From: Felis catus
Taxonomy: Eukaryota
Reading direction: 5' to 3'
Assembly: GCF_018350175.1 (NCBI RefSeq)
Contig: NC_058368.1
Span: forward strand, 235,292,001 to 235,356,000
DNA: 64,000 bases
Below, in pieces: positions 40,401 to 52,400 of this stretch. The notes under the pieces were generated by a model. The model did no database searches. It was not told the origin of the DNA and saw only the letters and a program-made list of their open reading frames with translations. The position numbers and the translations under genes were made by a program. Numbering within the stretch: position 1 is the stretch's first letter; the number at the start of each line of letters is the position of its first letter.

Positions 40401-43400
40401 TATAACCTGGTCCACGTTTGGCATGAGAGCCACCCCGTTGATGATGGTCCAGTGGTCCCCCTTTTCAATGACTAGATTCTGATCCTTGTTGATCAGCACA
40501 TTGATGACCTCGGAGGTCACTGTAGAGATCTGGCACTGGAATGTCGTTTCCGCCTCCCCTTCGGCACCGCGCTCCGCCGTCTGCCCCGCTCCCGAGTCGG
40601 CGTCCAGGGCTGAGTGCTCCGCCGCTTCTGACAGGCCCTCCTCCCCACCACGGTTCGGGCTGGTGACCTGGGAAGCGGCCTCGGGTCCGCTGAGGGCGCT
40701 TCCGTTCCCCGCGGGACCGCTGCCTGGAGAGCCGCCCTCGCCGGCCAGGCCGGCTGCTGGAGGGGGCGTACCCGTGGGCAGTGGCGAGGGGTCCCCCGCT
40801 TCCCGAGGTGGGCCGTGCTCTCGGACGGGCCCGGCGGTCACGGCGTCGTGCACGTTGAAGAGCACGAAATCGGCAGCATCCTCTCCGGCGGGGCCCTCGC
40901 AGCTGGCCTGAAGCTCCTGTCCGATCTTGGTGAGGACCTCTGACAGCGTTTCCAGAGAGCGCCGAGAGAGCCGCCGCGTGCCCCGCAGGGGCCCGTCCTC
41001 CTCCTCGGACTCGAGCCACTCTTCCGGGGTTTCGAACGCTTCGTCTTCACACAGCTGCTTCCTGTACTTTTCTCCTGATGGCTCACCTGGCTTTAACTCT
41101 TTGCTCATGTCCTTACTCAGGGTTCCTTTGCTAGAACATTCTGAAACAGAGTCCCCGGAACTATAATCTCTTAACTGACAACTTTCGAGAAACATGACGA
41201 CCTCGGACGTAGAAAGTCCGTCTATCTCCGAGAGGGTACTGATGTTGAAGTCCTGCAGGGCCGAGGTCAGACACCCCACCTCCACGGAGGGCCTGCTCTC
41301 GGCCGCGCCGGCCCCCAGGGCTCCCCCACCTTCCCCGGAGGCGCTGGCGGCCCCGTGCTGGGCGGCCCCCGTCACGGCCTCAGGCTCGCTCTCGCCCTCG
41401 CTGCAGCTGGGTGCCTCGCTCTCTTCCACCTCCGTGTCGCCGCCTCCCGCCTCCCGGATGCCCGTGTAACAACACGGGGCCGCGGCCAGGGCACCCGGAG
41501 GGACGCCGCGTGTCTCTTCATCTTTCCCGAGACCCGTCGACGGGAGCGCCGTCCCGGAGGTGCCTGGGTCTCCGGGAGAAGCGCCGCCCGGGGTCGGCGA
41601 CGGCAGCTCCAGAGACCCCCTCAGGCTCTGCCGCCCGCCAGGAGGGTCCTCGGACACGGCCAGGGCCCCCCCGCCAGATCTGCCCGAGCCCCCACACGGT
41701 GCTCCTGCACCAGGAAAGCTTCTCGACACGGGTGCCGGCGTGGCCGGAAGGCGTCCATCCACAGGCAGCCCGGACGAGTCCAGACTCGGGGCGCGGAGGA
41801 GCAGACCTTGCTCCTGCACTGCCTCCTGTGCCGGGGCTCCCGTCAGGACATCCTGGTTCGGGACTGGGATCTTTTCACAAGAGAAAGACAGTTTGCTACT
41901 TGTGGAACAGTGAGGATTTTCTACAGGTACAGAACCGCTTGGAAAATTGAAATCTAACTTTCTCCTCGAGGCAGAAACTTGTGGCGAGGTCCCCCCTGTA
42001 GCAGCCGCCCCCGGCACATTCCAGGCCAGGTCCTCTCTCTCTCCACCACGTCCCGCTCCAGACGCTGTCACAAAGGTAGGCTCAGTCCTCTGCGGCCCCC
42101 AGTGCTCTGACCTAGCCCCGTGTGCCGTTTCGGGTCTGGCCTGCTTGGTGATCACCGAAACTTGGTTAGGCAACAGTGATGGAGCGGCCCTGAGCCCCGC
42201 GGGGTTATTTTCTCTGGCGAGTTCAGGCCTGGACGCGGGTCCCCTGTTTTCTAAGGCTGGCACTGCCTTTTGTAACTGATGGTCAGTCTGGTGTTCGTGT
42301 TCTGATTTAGCTCTCAGCCTTTCCTCGCTACCTCTCCTTAACAGGTCACTCTGGTGCCAGGAAGGGCTTTTCACGAAGCCAAACCCACTCTTGGTCAAGC
42401 CGCACTGAGACTCCACCAACGGCGCGGAATCCGCCCTGGTCAGGGAGGGCTCAGTTCTCGGACCCTGACTTCGACACTGAGCCTCTTTCGCGGCCTTTAT
42501 GAACACCGAATGCGGAAGTGAACAGACTCTGGGCATGCCTTTCCCAACGTCTGTGCCCTCGACCTCACTGCTACTCAGGTTATTAAAATGTGATGTTCCC
42601 AACTCGGCGCTCAAAGCATACAAGCTGTTTTCCAGATGGTTCTCTCCGGCAGGACACTCTGGGGGCTCGGGCTGCAGGTCCAGCAAGGTGAAGGCCTCAG
42701 CTCGCAGCTTCTGTTCTGAGCGCTGCAGCTCGGTGGGGGCGGAGTCAGGAGGAAGGTGGGCATCAGAGCAAGGCTGGGAGTCACTGCACACAGACGACGC
42801 CCCCGAGGTAGGAGAGGAAGAAAGCCTGGCGTCAACACCGAGCCCCGTGGTGCCCACTGTGTGACCTGCGTCGTCTGCTGGTTCAGGCGAGGCTCCTAAA
42901 ATGAACCTCTGAACATCTCTGTCTTTTCCCAACACTCTACACATTCCCTGAAAGTGGTCAGAAATGGATACATGATCCGATTCAAAAGGGATTTCGTTTG
43001 TCAGTGTCCACGTAGTAAACTGTGGTTTGGGCGATCCTATCATTTCGGACAGCAGGGTCTTTCCTTCAGATTCCACGAGGTCACTGAATGGTCTGCTGCC
43101 GAGGGGAGGGTGATGCACGTCAGCCCTCCAGAGGGCCGCCGCCCCGTCCTGGGCCTGGCGGCCAGACGTCCCCCCACACACGCTTCCTCCGGTGTCATCG
43201 AGCGTGTTCTCTGTCTGCACCGACTTGTCCGCTTCGCGACCCTCTCTCAGTCTCTGTGCCTCATCTAAAATGCCTCTTTCCCTGTCACTCGTGGCTTCCG
43301 AGGACACTGCCCAGGGTTGCTCGCGAGCTAAAGCACGTGTGGCTGAAGGCTCTCTCAGGGCCGCTGTGACTGTCCCAAACCCAACCGCTGTCACTCCATT

Positions 43401-46400
43401 TACTTCCAGCGCAGTCAGAGTTCTGGAGGCTTCGTGCGATGTGAGCTTTTCCTCCCGCGTATCCCTCCTTCCATCACTTCTTCCGGATGAGCCAAAGTAA
43501 TGTGATTCAGACGTCTCATCTTCTGAAACAGACGCGGCAGAATTTCTAGGTTGGGACGACTCATCGTCACTGGAATCCGTATACTCTCCGAAGTAGGTTT
43601 CCTGAAAAACGAAGGAGTTGTTCCCGTTAGTTAAGACTAACTGAACCGAGTGAACACAACTTACCAATCGCATGCATCACAGAACACACTTCTGCTTCCT
43701 GAAGAGCCCGTAACACCCATCCGCAGAAGGAGCATCTCCTCGTGTGCAGCCCACAGGCGACGGGCGAGCGGCAGCGGGAGCACAGATAGCACCGCCTCGC
43801 TTCCACCCTGACCCTGTCCCAGAGCCCCCCCCCCACCGCCGGCTCCTCCCACAACTCACAGCCCCACGTGGCCTGCGGTCTGTTCTCCTAAGGCCCGAAC
43901 AGTCCCTCTCTCCAGCTCTTCCCCTCCGTTTCCCGGCACAGCGGTGTCCAACTCAGGACGCACTGCCCTCTAGTCCCCGGCCTCCGGGTCACTCTGGCCC
44001 AGGCGCCCAGCTCCGGCCCGGCGCCACCCGTGTGGGCGGTGCATCTGGCCCCCGCTCTGGTGACGCCACGTAGACCTCTCGTGGCAACAGCCCCTCTCAC
44101 CAGGCTGCACCCGGGGTGCCACTAACAAGCGGACGGGCTCCACTCTTTCAACGGTGCACACACAACACTGCTCCTTCCCACACAACCCGCTCTCCGCCTC
44201 CGCTCCAGAAACCCCCCACCACCCCTGGGCAGCCCCACGGCCCAGGCGAACTGGCCCCCATCACACAGCACCTCCAGGAGAGCTACCTCCTCAACCGCGG
44301 GGCCTCATTCCACAAGGGAGACTACGGACAGGCGAAGAACAGCACGGACGTACGCTTGCCCCACTAAGCCAATCCTTTCCCTCCCGAAACCTTAGGCACT
44401 TTTATCTGGTTCTCTTCCTGTCCTGCCCCTCGTCCTCAACCTCCTCTCCTCTTTGATGGGGTCACCTACAGGCGGATGCGCTCCTGGGACGCCAGCCTCT
44501 GCTGCTACCCACCCACACCGAACAACCTCCCAGTCCCACGGCTTCTGTGACACCCCGAGGCTGGGGAGCCCCGACGTCTGGGCCCGCCGCAGCCTCCTCC
44601 CGGGCCCCACACCCGTGGGCCTAACGTCGCAACGCGTGTGTCCGCCTGGAAACCCACGCACACCTCTATCTGCACCTGACGCCGCGCCTTCCCACCCACG
44701 CAGGGTTTCTTCCTTCCTCTCCTTTCCAGCATCGCTGACTCCTGAGCCTCCCTTTCCACCACGTGGAAAACCTCGCCAGAGGCCGCTCGTTCGCCTCCTA
44801 CCATTTCTCAAGCCACCCCACCTTGAACCCCAGTGCCGCTGCAGGGATATGACCTGTGGAGAAGGCCGGCAACGGCTGAGTCAGTCAGTGACGTCCCCGT
44901 CCACGCTCCCACCTCCCTCCGGACTCTCCCCACCGCCTACACTCTGCCACACGGCGGCTAAGTGGAACCTTCCAACTGAAAACCTACCAGCCGATCCGCC
45001 TCCCGGGATCCACCGCTTCCCAGTGCCCCCACGATCAACTGGGAAGTCCCGAGGCCCCAGACGGCCCTTGCACGCCTGGTCGACGTGAACATCCTCTGGC
45101 ACGGGATCACCTTCAGTCCCACAGGTGTGTAAAGAGCTCCGGCACCGGACACACGCTGCCCTCTTGAACACTCAGCGGGCTCCTGTCCTCCCAGAGCTTC
45201 TCTGCCCGCCCTGGCCTCCCTGAGGGCCGAGCCTCCGGCCTGGGTCCACTCCAGCCCCACGGTGTCCATCACGGCCGCGCAATCGCCTGCGCCCTTCCCC
45301 ACCCCACTGCCAGGCGCGACCCCGCCGAGTGGTAACCACGTCACCTCGCGTTCCCAGTGCCGGGCACGGCCTCCGGAACAGAACGGACACGCACTGCTTC
45401 CCAAATGAAGGGAGCGACTCAGAGGAGCAAAGCTTTTATCTACTCCTTAAGCCAAAAAGCATACAAGTCTGCTTTATCGAGACTGGCTTCCTAAGAAATT
45501 ACAACAAACCATCGTGCAAACACACGAAAAGATGACGAATTCATCAAGCGAAGGTGGGGAATTTGGCAAACGTGGGTTAACGGGCATGCGTGCTACAAAC
45601 AGGGATGCCCCATCTCTGAAACCAACTCTGTGCCTACACACATCGTTTGTAGGGACTCAGGATTTGGTTGTGAATAAACACAAACAGAACACGACCCTGA
45701 CACAAGCCACCAGTGTCACGGCAGCCACGCTGGTCCCAAGAACACGGGCACGCCTTATGCAGTTCTCACTTCGTCCCCAATAAAATCTGGCCCGAGTATC
45801 ACCGAACACCTCCCACCGAGCACGGCTAAGTGCCAGGATGGGCAACGTGCCCACTGAATAACTCAAATCCAAAGCGCAAACTCACAGGTGCGAGCGAAGA
45901 AGGTAACGTGCTCAGGTGTGGTAAGGACGCCAGAGGCGGGGACGGCACCGGAGACAAAAGAGGAGGGGGAAGTCTGAAGAAGTCGACTGCAGCCTGGAGA
46001 TCTTCATCGAAAAAGCGATCACGATCAGAGAAGTCAGCGCTGTCCTGCTCACTCCTGTGCAGCGAGACCTCAGGATTCCGGCCCTCGGGAGACACGCGTT
46101 CGGGACGGTGAGCAGCGGCACCGGGCCCCTCTGTTCCCACACTCTTACAGGCAGAGAAGTCGCCCTCTATCTCCATGGACAGTTCCGTCAGGCACGTCTG
46201 CACGGCTGCGGCTCTGAGGGGACCGCCTCCCGCCGGAGGGGGTGCGCCAGCGTCCCGGGACTCTCTGGGTGCGGGGGGGTTTTCTTTGGCGGGTTTTTCT
46301 GTGGGAGACAAAAGCTGATACTAAACATCTATACTATCAAGAAAACTTACAAAAAATATGCTAACCGTTCAAAATGCTTGTATTATTGAGTAAATTCAAA

Positions 46401-49400
46401 TCAACAGAAACATCCTTTAAAAGGCAACCTGCCAATCCCTCCCCACAGATCACCCTAGAAGACCCGAGCACATTTCCCATAAGCACAGTTCCCTAGCAAC
46501 AAGCAAGCCAAGAGGGCCGGCAGGCAGAGGGAGGGGATGCCCCCCGCCCACCAGCAGCACGGTGCCTGGGCGGAAGGGCACCACGACGGCGGGTAACGGG
46601 CCTGGACGGCACGTGCCTTCTCTCAGTAAATCTTCCACACAGTGAGTAGTACTGGGGAGGAACGGCTCTGTGCATAGAGGCTGACAGGGAACATGATCTT
46701 CATGTCTGAAAAGCAATCAAAAATCAGCCAACATCAAGCCTATCCAGTGGTCATATTTATACAACGCTCTAATTAAGGGACTCGGCTAGGTCACATAAAT
46801 GCTTTGTATCACAGCGCACCAGGAAAATTACAGTAAAAAGCCATTGGTTTGGGGGTCTTGATTTTGGTGAACTGTAGCGAACTGTCAAGGAAGATGTTTG
46901 TGTCCTGGGAAGTAACTGGAAACAACCATCTGTCATCTATGAAAGTTGTAAACATATGTTTTACACAAGGACTCAAGGCTGCCTGGAGAAGTGACTGACT
47001 GACTGGAGGGCTGGGGGAGGGGCGGGGACCTGAACATCTCACAGAGCCAGAAAGAAATTCTCCAAACAGGCTGGGGGTGCCTCAAGGGCCCCGGAGCCGA
47101 CCTGAAGATGGACCCAATCACCAAGTGGGAAAAATCTGAACAATGAAATGATATGATGAGTTATGATGCAAATACAGAATTCCAATTAATGTGTGTAGAA
47201 GGGATGAGAGAAATGCAAGATCGCTAACAACTAAGTAGTAGTTGTAGCACAGGGGCTTTGCCAGTGGGCTCGACTGGGAGAGAAACAGACTGTCTGCACA
47301 GCATCCCAGTGTCCCCCTCCAGGCGATTCACGGCGACTTGCGGTGGAGAACCCTGGTGGACGCCACCGTAAAGCAGCAGCCCTGCCCCCCCACCCCGTAC
47401 GCGCCCCCTCCCCTGCAACGGCCCGAGCACAGCGCCGGGCGCTACTGGGGACCTCTTGCCATAAACACAGTCTTCACCTAGCACGACACGACGGTACGCA
47501 GACGAGACTGATGGGTTTCCTCCCTCCCTGAAGGCGTCAAAGACAAGAGACAAAGCGAGATGGACGGACCGCGGACTGGGGGCCGAGATGCGGGCTGGGG
47601 GCGCTGCGAGGGGCAACGAGGGCTCGGGGATGGAAACACCTGGAGCGGAACTGGAGGCGTCCGTGTGAGGCCCAGCTCGGCTCAGAGACCCGCGCTGAGG
47701 GTGACATTCAGCGGAATCTGGATGAGGAGCCTGAGGGGATTCTCTGCCTTATTTTTATGAATTTTCTCATAGAAAAACGAAAAATTTGAAAGAAAAAGAA
47801 GATGTTCTAGGATTTAACATTCCAAAGATGCCATGTTTTCCTTTTTACTTGAGAAAGTTACCATTAAGCCATAGACTTACCCCTCAAAATAGTTTGCTTT
47901 TAAATAAAAACATCGGATTATTAAACGGAAAGCCCTCTTAATAACACCTTTAACGACAAGAAGTCGCGTGCTCATAATGAAACGCCACTACTACCTGCTG
48001 AGGCAGGCGGAAGAGTCCCAGGCTGCTTCTGCCCGAAGGCACGAACAGAGCGATTCGGGACCGCAGAAACGGACTCACGAGACGCAGGCCCCACCGGCCC
48101 GCTGGCGGTGCGTCTACCCAGAATGTGACGATCTGCTTAAAAGCACCCCATCACCGTGCCTCTCTTCGCCTCACAAAACCTCACGAGTTCCGAATCGAGC
48201 ACTGATGAGAACCAGGAACTTGTCTAGCAACCTTTTTCTGCAGGAACTTTGCCTTCAGAGCCGGAGAGTAAAAACTAGGTCCACGTTTCTACAGATTTAG
48301 ATCCTCAATGATCTGGCAACTCACAGCAGCTAACCGCAAGAAACCAGTCACACGAAAGAAAAACGGCCAAGAAACACTTTCCTCTAACGCGAGACCGCTA
48401 ACTTCTCCCCATCCCCGCTGGTACGACCAACCCCGATTTCCAAATCCTAAATCCTGGGCCGGGTGCACGTGGGAGGACGCCTCCGCAGCTTTCCCCTGCA
48501 AATCGGGGTGTCCCGCAGATTAGGTCAAACCTCCGAAAACGCATCAGGGGTGGCGCTGCGCGGTGACCACGTGACGTGACGGCGTGAGAGGAAGCGGGCT
48601 CTCGTCTGACCACAGCGGTCCTGTAAAGGAGCCGACGCGAGCACGGCAGGTGGAGGCGACAAGGTCAACCACAGGCACTGGGTAAGTGGCAGGAAAACTG
48701 CGCGCAGCCGGGCTGCCGCTGGGCTCGGAAAGGGCCGTGCCCCCCGGCGTCCTGCCGGCTCCCGCCACCCGCGCTCCGTCGTGTGTCCGCCCACTTTCTC
48801 TGCACGTTCTCTGCTGGAAGCCGCCACTTGAACGGTGAAAGCCGAAGGCGCTTTTAATTTTCTTTTGATTTGAATTTCAGGCCCCGCTGAAGGGAAAGGA
48901 GCTCCGCGTAACGAGAAGCACCCACGCCAGCCCATCTCACTCTGGTAACGGGAGACGTCACAGACCGAACGGTCACGTAGGAGAAGTGCTTGCGGAAGCT
49001 GCGCTCTCACCTGGGACACACCTGCTGCCTTCACCAGGCAGTCTGTGTGTTGTGTTTATACAGAGCCAGAGTTCCTTCAGAAGCAGCTTTACTTTCCCTG
49101 TGAAAAAGAGCACAGTATTAAAGACAGGTCACTTGGCCCAGTCCACCCAAGGCCAAACACACTCGCAGGAAATCGGGAGTTCCCCGACTAGGTTCCCGCA
49201 ACACCGCCCCCCGAGCGCAACCACCGCGCGTGACACGCTCAGCTGCGGACGGGAAGGCCTGCGACGCTTCAGCCCAACACGGAAGGCTGAATGCACGCTT
49301 GGTTTTGTTCGAGGGGCGGGGGAAGGAGAGGGCGCGGGATTCGAAGGACCAAATCTATTTGCTGGCGAAGGCCTCTATCGTCTTTGTATATGCGTGGGCC

Positions 49401-52400
49401 CAATACATCTCTGGCCCTGTCACGGAAGGCGGGGAGAGATGAGGGACGGAAGCACGGCCAGAATGACCGACGTCGGAGACGCCGGCTCCCCGTATACGAC
49501 AGACAACGGCAGAGAGGCACCCTCGGTCACAACAGGGTGTCGGAGAACCCGTGAGAACTGACCACGCTGTAACTGACCCGGGGGCTTCGCGGATAATGGA
49601 AAAATCCATTAATGGTTTTCAGGGGTGACAGGGTGGGAGACAAAAATACGTGTGTATAAACACTTGGAAAGGAAGGGATCATCACACACACAAACAGACA
49701 CACAGAGAAGCCTATGCTTTTATAAGGAAAAGTGAAAGTCTCTGAATTTGTATGAATTTTCAAAAGGGTCTGAATTCCTAAAATAGTTCAGAACCATCGG
49801 TTCAGGTTGAAAAGTAAGTATTTCTATAGATTTAGATCCTTGATGATCTGTGAATTCAGGTTTTTGTAACTAAGGCCTAACGAAATTCGTGTAACATTAA
49901 GAATATGACACTATGGGGGCGCCTGGGTGGCTCAGTCGGTTAAGCATCTGACTTCAGCTCAGGTCATGATCTCGTGGTCTGTGGGTTTGAGCCCCGCATC
50001 GGGCTCTGTGCTGACAGCTCAGAGCCTGGAGCCTGCTTCCGATTCTGTGTCTCCCTCTCTCTCTGACCCTCCCCCATTCATGCTCTGTCTCTCTCTGTCT
50101 CAAAAATAAACATTAAAAAAAAAAAAAGAATATGACACTATGGTTTTTAAGTGAGTTTAGCATTAATGTGTACATACATTCCAAAAAACTCCCAGAACAA
50201 AAATATCCTTAAAAACTTAAGTATGAACGAAGAGCCTGTGGTCAAATCTGCATCAAAAGACCCAGCACGCGAAGGAAAGTTCAATTAAAAATGCGCTTTA
50301 AGCGTTAGGTAATTTCAGGCCATCTCAAGCTCTATTATAGTTTCCCTGAAGCTCTTAAATTAGCCGGAAGCACTTATTGAAAATACTGAAATCTTTAATC
50401 CGGTTCTAGAGAGGATAAAAGACCAACCTTTTAAGCCAAAATATCTGCAAGAATTCACACTTTGAAATAGGTCGGCTCTACGGAAGCTGGTGGACTGCAC
50501 GGCCCCAGAAAGGGGACCAGGATAAGTGGTGAGAACACGGTAACAGGCAAGTTTAAAAGTCTGACGTTTCCAACCTCTCCTGAGCCAGGTCAGCTTCCGA
50601 CTTGCACTGTTTGTGAGCCACATCCATTCTTGAGTTCCAAAATTCTTCAACAAGCAACTTATCTACGTGGCGATTTAACCTACCCCAAAGCCTCCTTCTA
50701 AACACTGTAATGCCCTTTGCTTAAATGACCTGACCGGGATCCCTGCTTATTAGTATACCCAAAGCAGCAAACAAGGAACCTTAAAAAAAAAAGAAAGAGT
50801 TACTTTTCTATCCTTACGGAGGCTACTGCCCACAACTACGCCTGTTCTAACTGAGCATTCATTACTTCTCAACGGACAAACACAAAAGTAGCCCTTCCCA
50901 GTAAAGCAGGAAAAAATCCACCCTGTGCTTTCCTTACTCAGCTGTGAAGAGGAAACCTCATTGGGTCCAACTGCACACCTTCCCCCACGCCTGTAAAGTC
51001 CTCCCTGAATCAGAATCTAAGGCGTCGACGAGCATCTCTGAGCCTGTCTGCTCCACGGATTTGTCAGTTACACCACATGAACACCACGCTTCCTTCATCA
51101 TGATGAGCTCGCAGCTACGTGTTGATGTCTGGGTGGGCGTGGGCTTTGCTCAGGTTCTTCCTTCCCAAACACTCGATTATTCTGAATACCTATTCTTCCT
51201 GATAAGCCTCGACCGCCTGCTTGTCCTTCCCCATATGAAACCGCAGCGGGGTCTGCGTAAGACGGGAAAACCCACATCTTTACACAGCGAGTCTCTGATC
51301 CAGGAACGTAACGTTCCCTTACACGTTCTGGTCTTTAACGCTCTCCACGGGGTTTATGGCTTTCCCCGCTGAGGCCCGGCGCACACGGTTTATAGGTTTT
51401 CTCTTCCTAGAGGGCTGACGGTCCCGCCGCCTTTGGAGGATGGGCTGTTCCTGTCCCGTCCCTATTCTGACAGGTCACCATCGGGCACCGCACATCACAC
51501 TCTGCCAGCAGAGTCCACAAGACAGTCTTACCATCTGCAATGATGACAACTCTGAGCCTTCCTTATCGGATCTACAGCTCGCCCTCGTCTGTGCTGGCCC
51601 TGCTCCACTGCTGATGGCCTCCAGCCCACACAGAGTAGACGGCACAGAAAGCACGCGCGTCCGCTTCTCACGGTAGTGACAAGGCTCTTCCATTTCACCT
51701 TTCTCGATTTCAAAATGTGTTGTTCTCGGGGCGCCTGGGTGGCTCAGTCGGTTAAGCGTCCGACTTCAGCTCAGGTCATGATCTCGCATTTCATGAATTG
51801 AAGCCCCACATCGGGCTCTGTGCTGACATCTTAGAGGCTGGAGCGGGCTTCCCATTCTGTGTCTCCCTCTTTCTCTGCCCCACCCCACTTGTGCACCCTG
51901 TCTCTCTCTCAATAATAAATAAACATTTAGGGGGTGCCTGGGTGGCTCAGTCAGTTAAGCGTCCGACTTCAACTCAGGTCACGATCTTGCGGTCCGTGAG
52001 TTCGAGCCCCGCCTCGGGCTCTGGGCTGACAGCTCAGAGCCTGGAGCCCGTTTCAGATTCTGTGTCTCCCTCTCTCTCTGCCCCTCCCCTGTTCATGCTC
52101 TGTCTCTCTCTGTCTCAAAAATAAATAAATGTTAAAAAAAAAAATTAAACAAAACAAAACAAAACAAAATGTGTTGTTCTATTATTACCTCACCAGATAT
52201 TTTTCCCTGAGGAATGGGTACTTTTTCTCTTCGGCAGCTGTTGTGGTATTCCTGAGACAAATCTGTGAGTTGTAACTTGTGTGTGTTCTCTACTACTAAA
52301 CTTGAGTCCCCAAAACTTCATCTAGTGCCTTGCAGCCACGTTCCTGAGTGACCGTGCTCGGAGTCTTGAGGATGTGAGCACAGGATTCTCAGCCGCCTTT

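Noticed and set aside
39305..43500. Many overlapping and antisense ORFs within the giant exon
   Set aside because: Expected shadows of stop-poor GC-rich coding DNA; no recognisable protein.
38751..43673. 1640-aa ORF as a single-exon gene
   Set aside because: It is the giant internal ICE1 exon; splice sites at 43601 and 38838 trim both ends.
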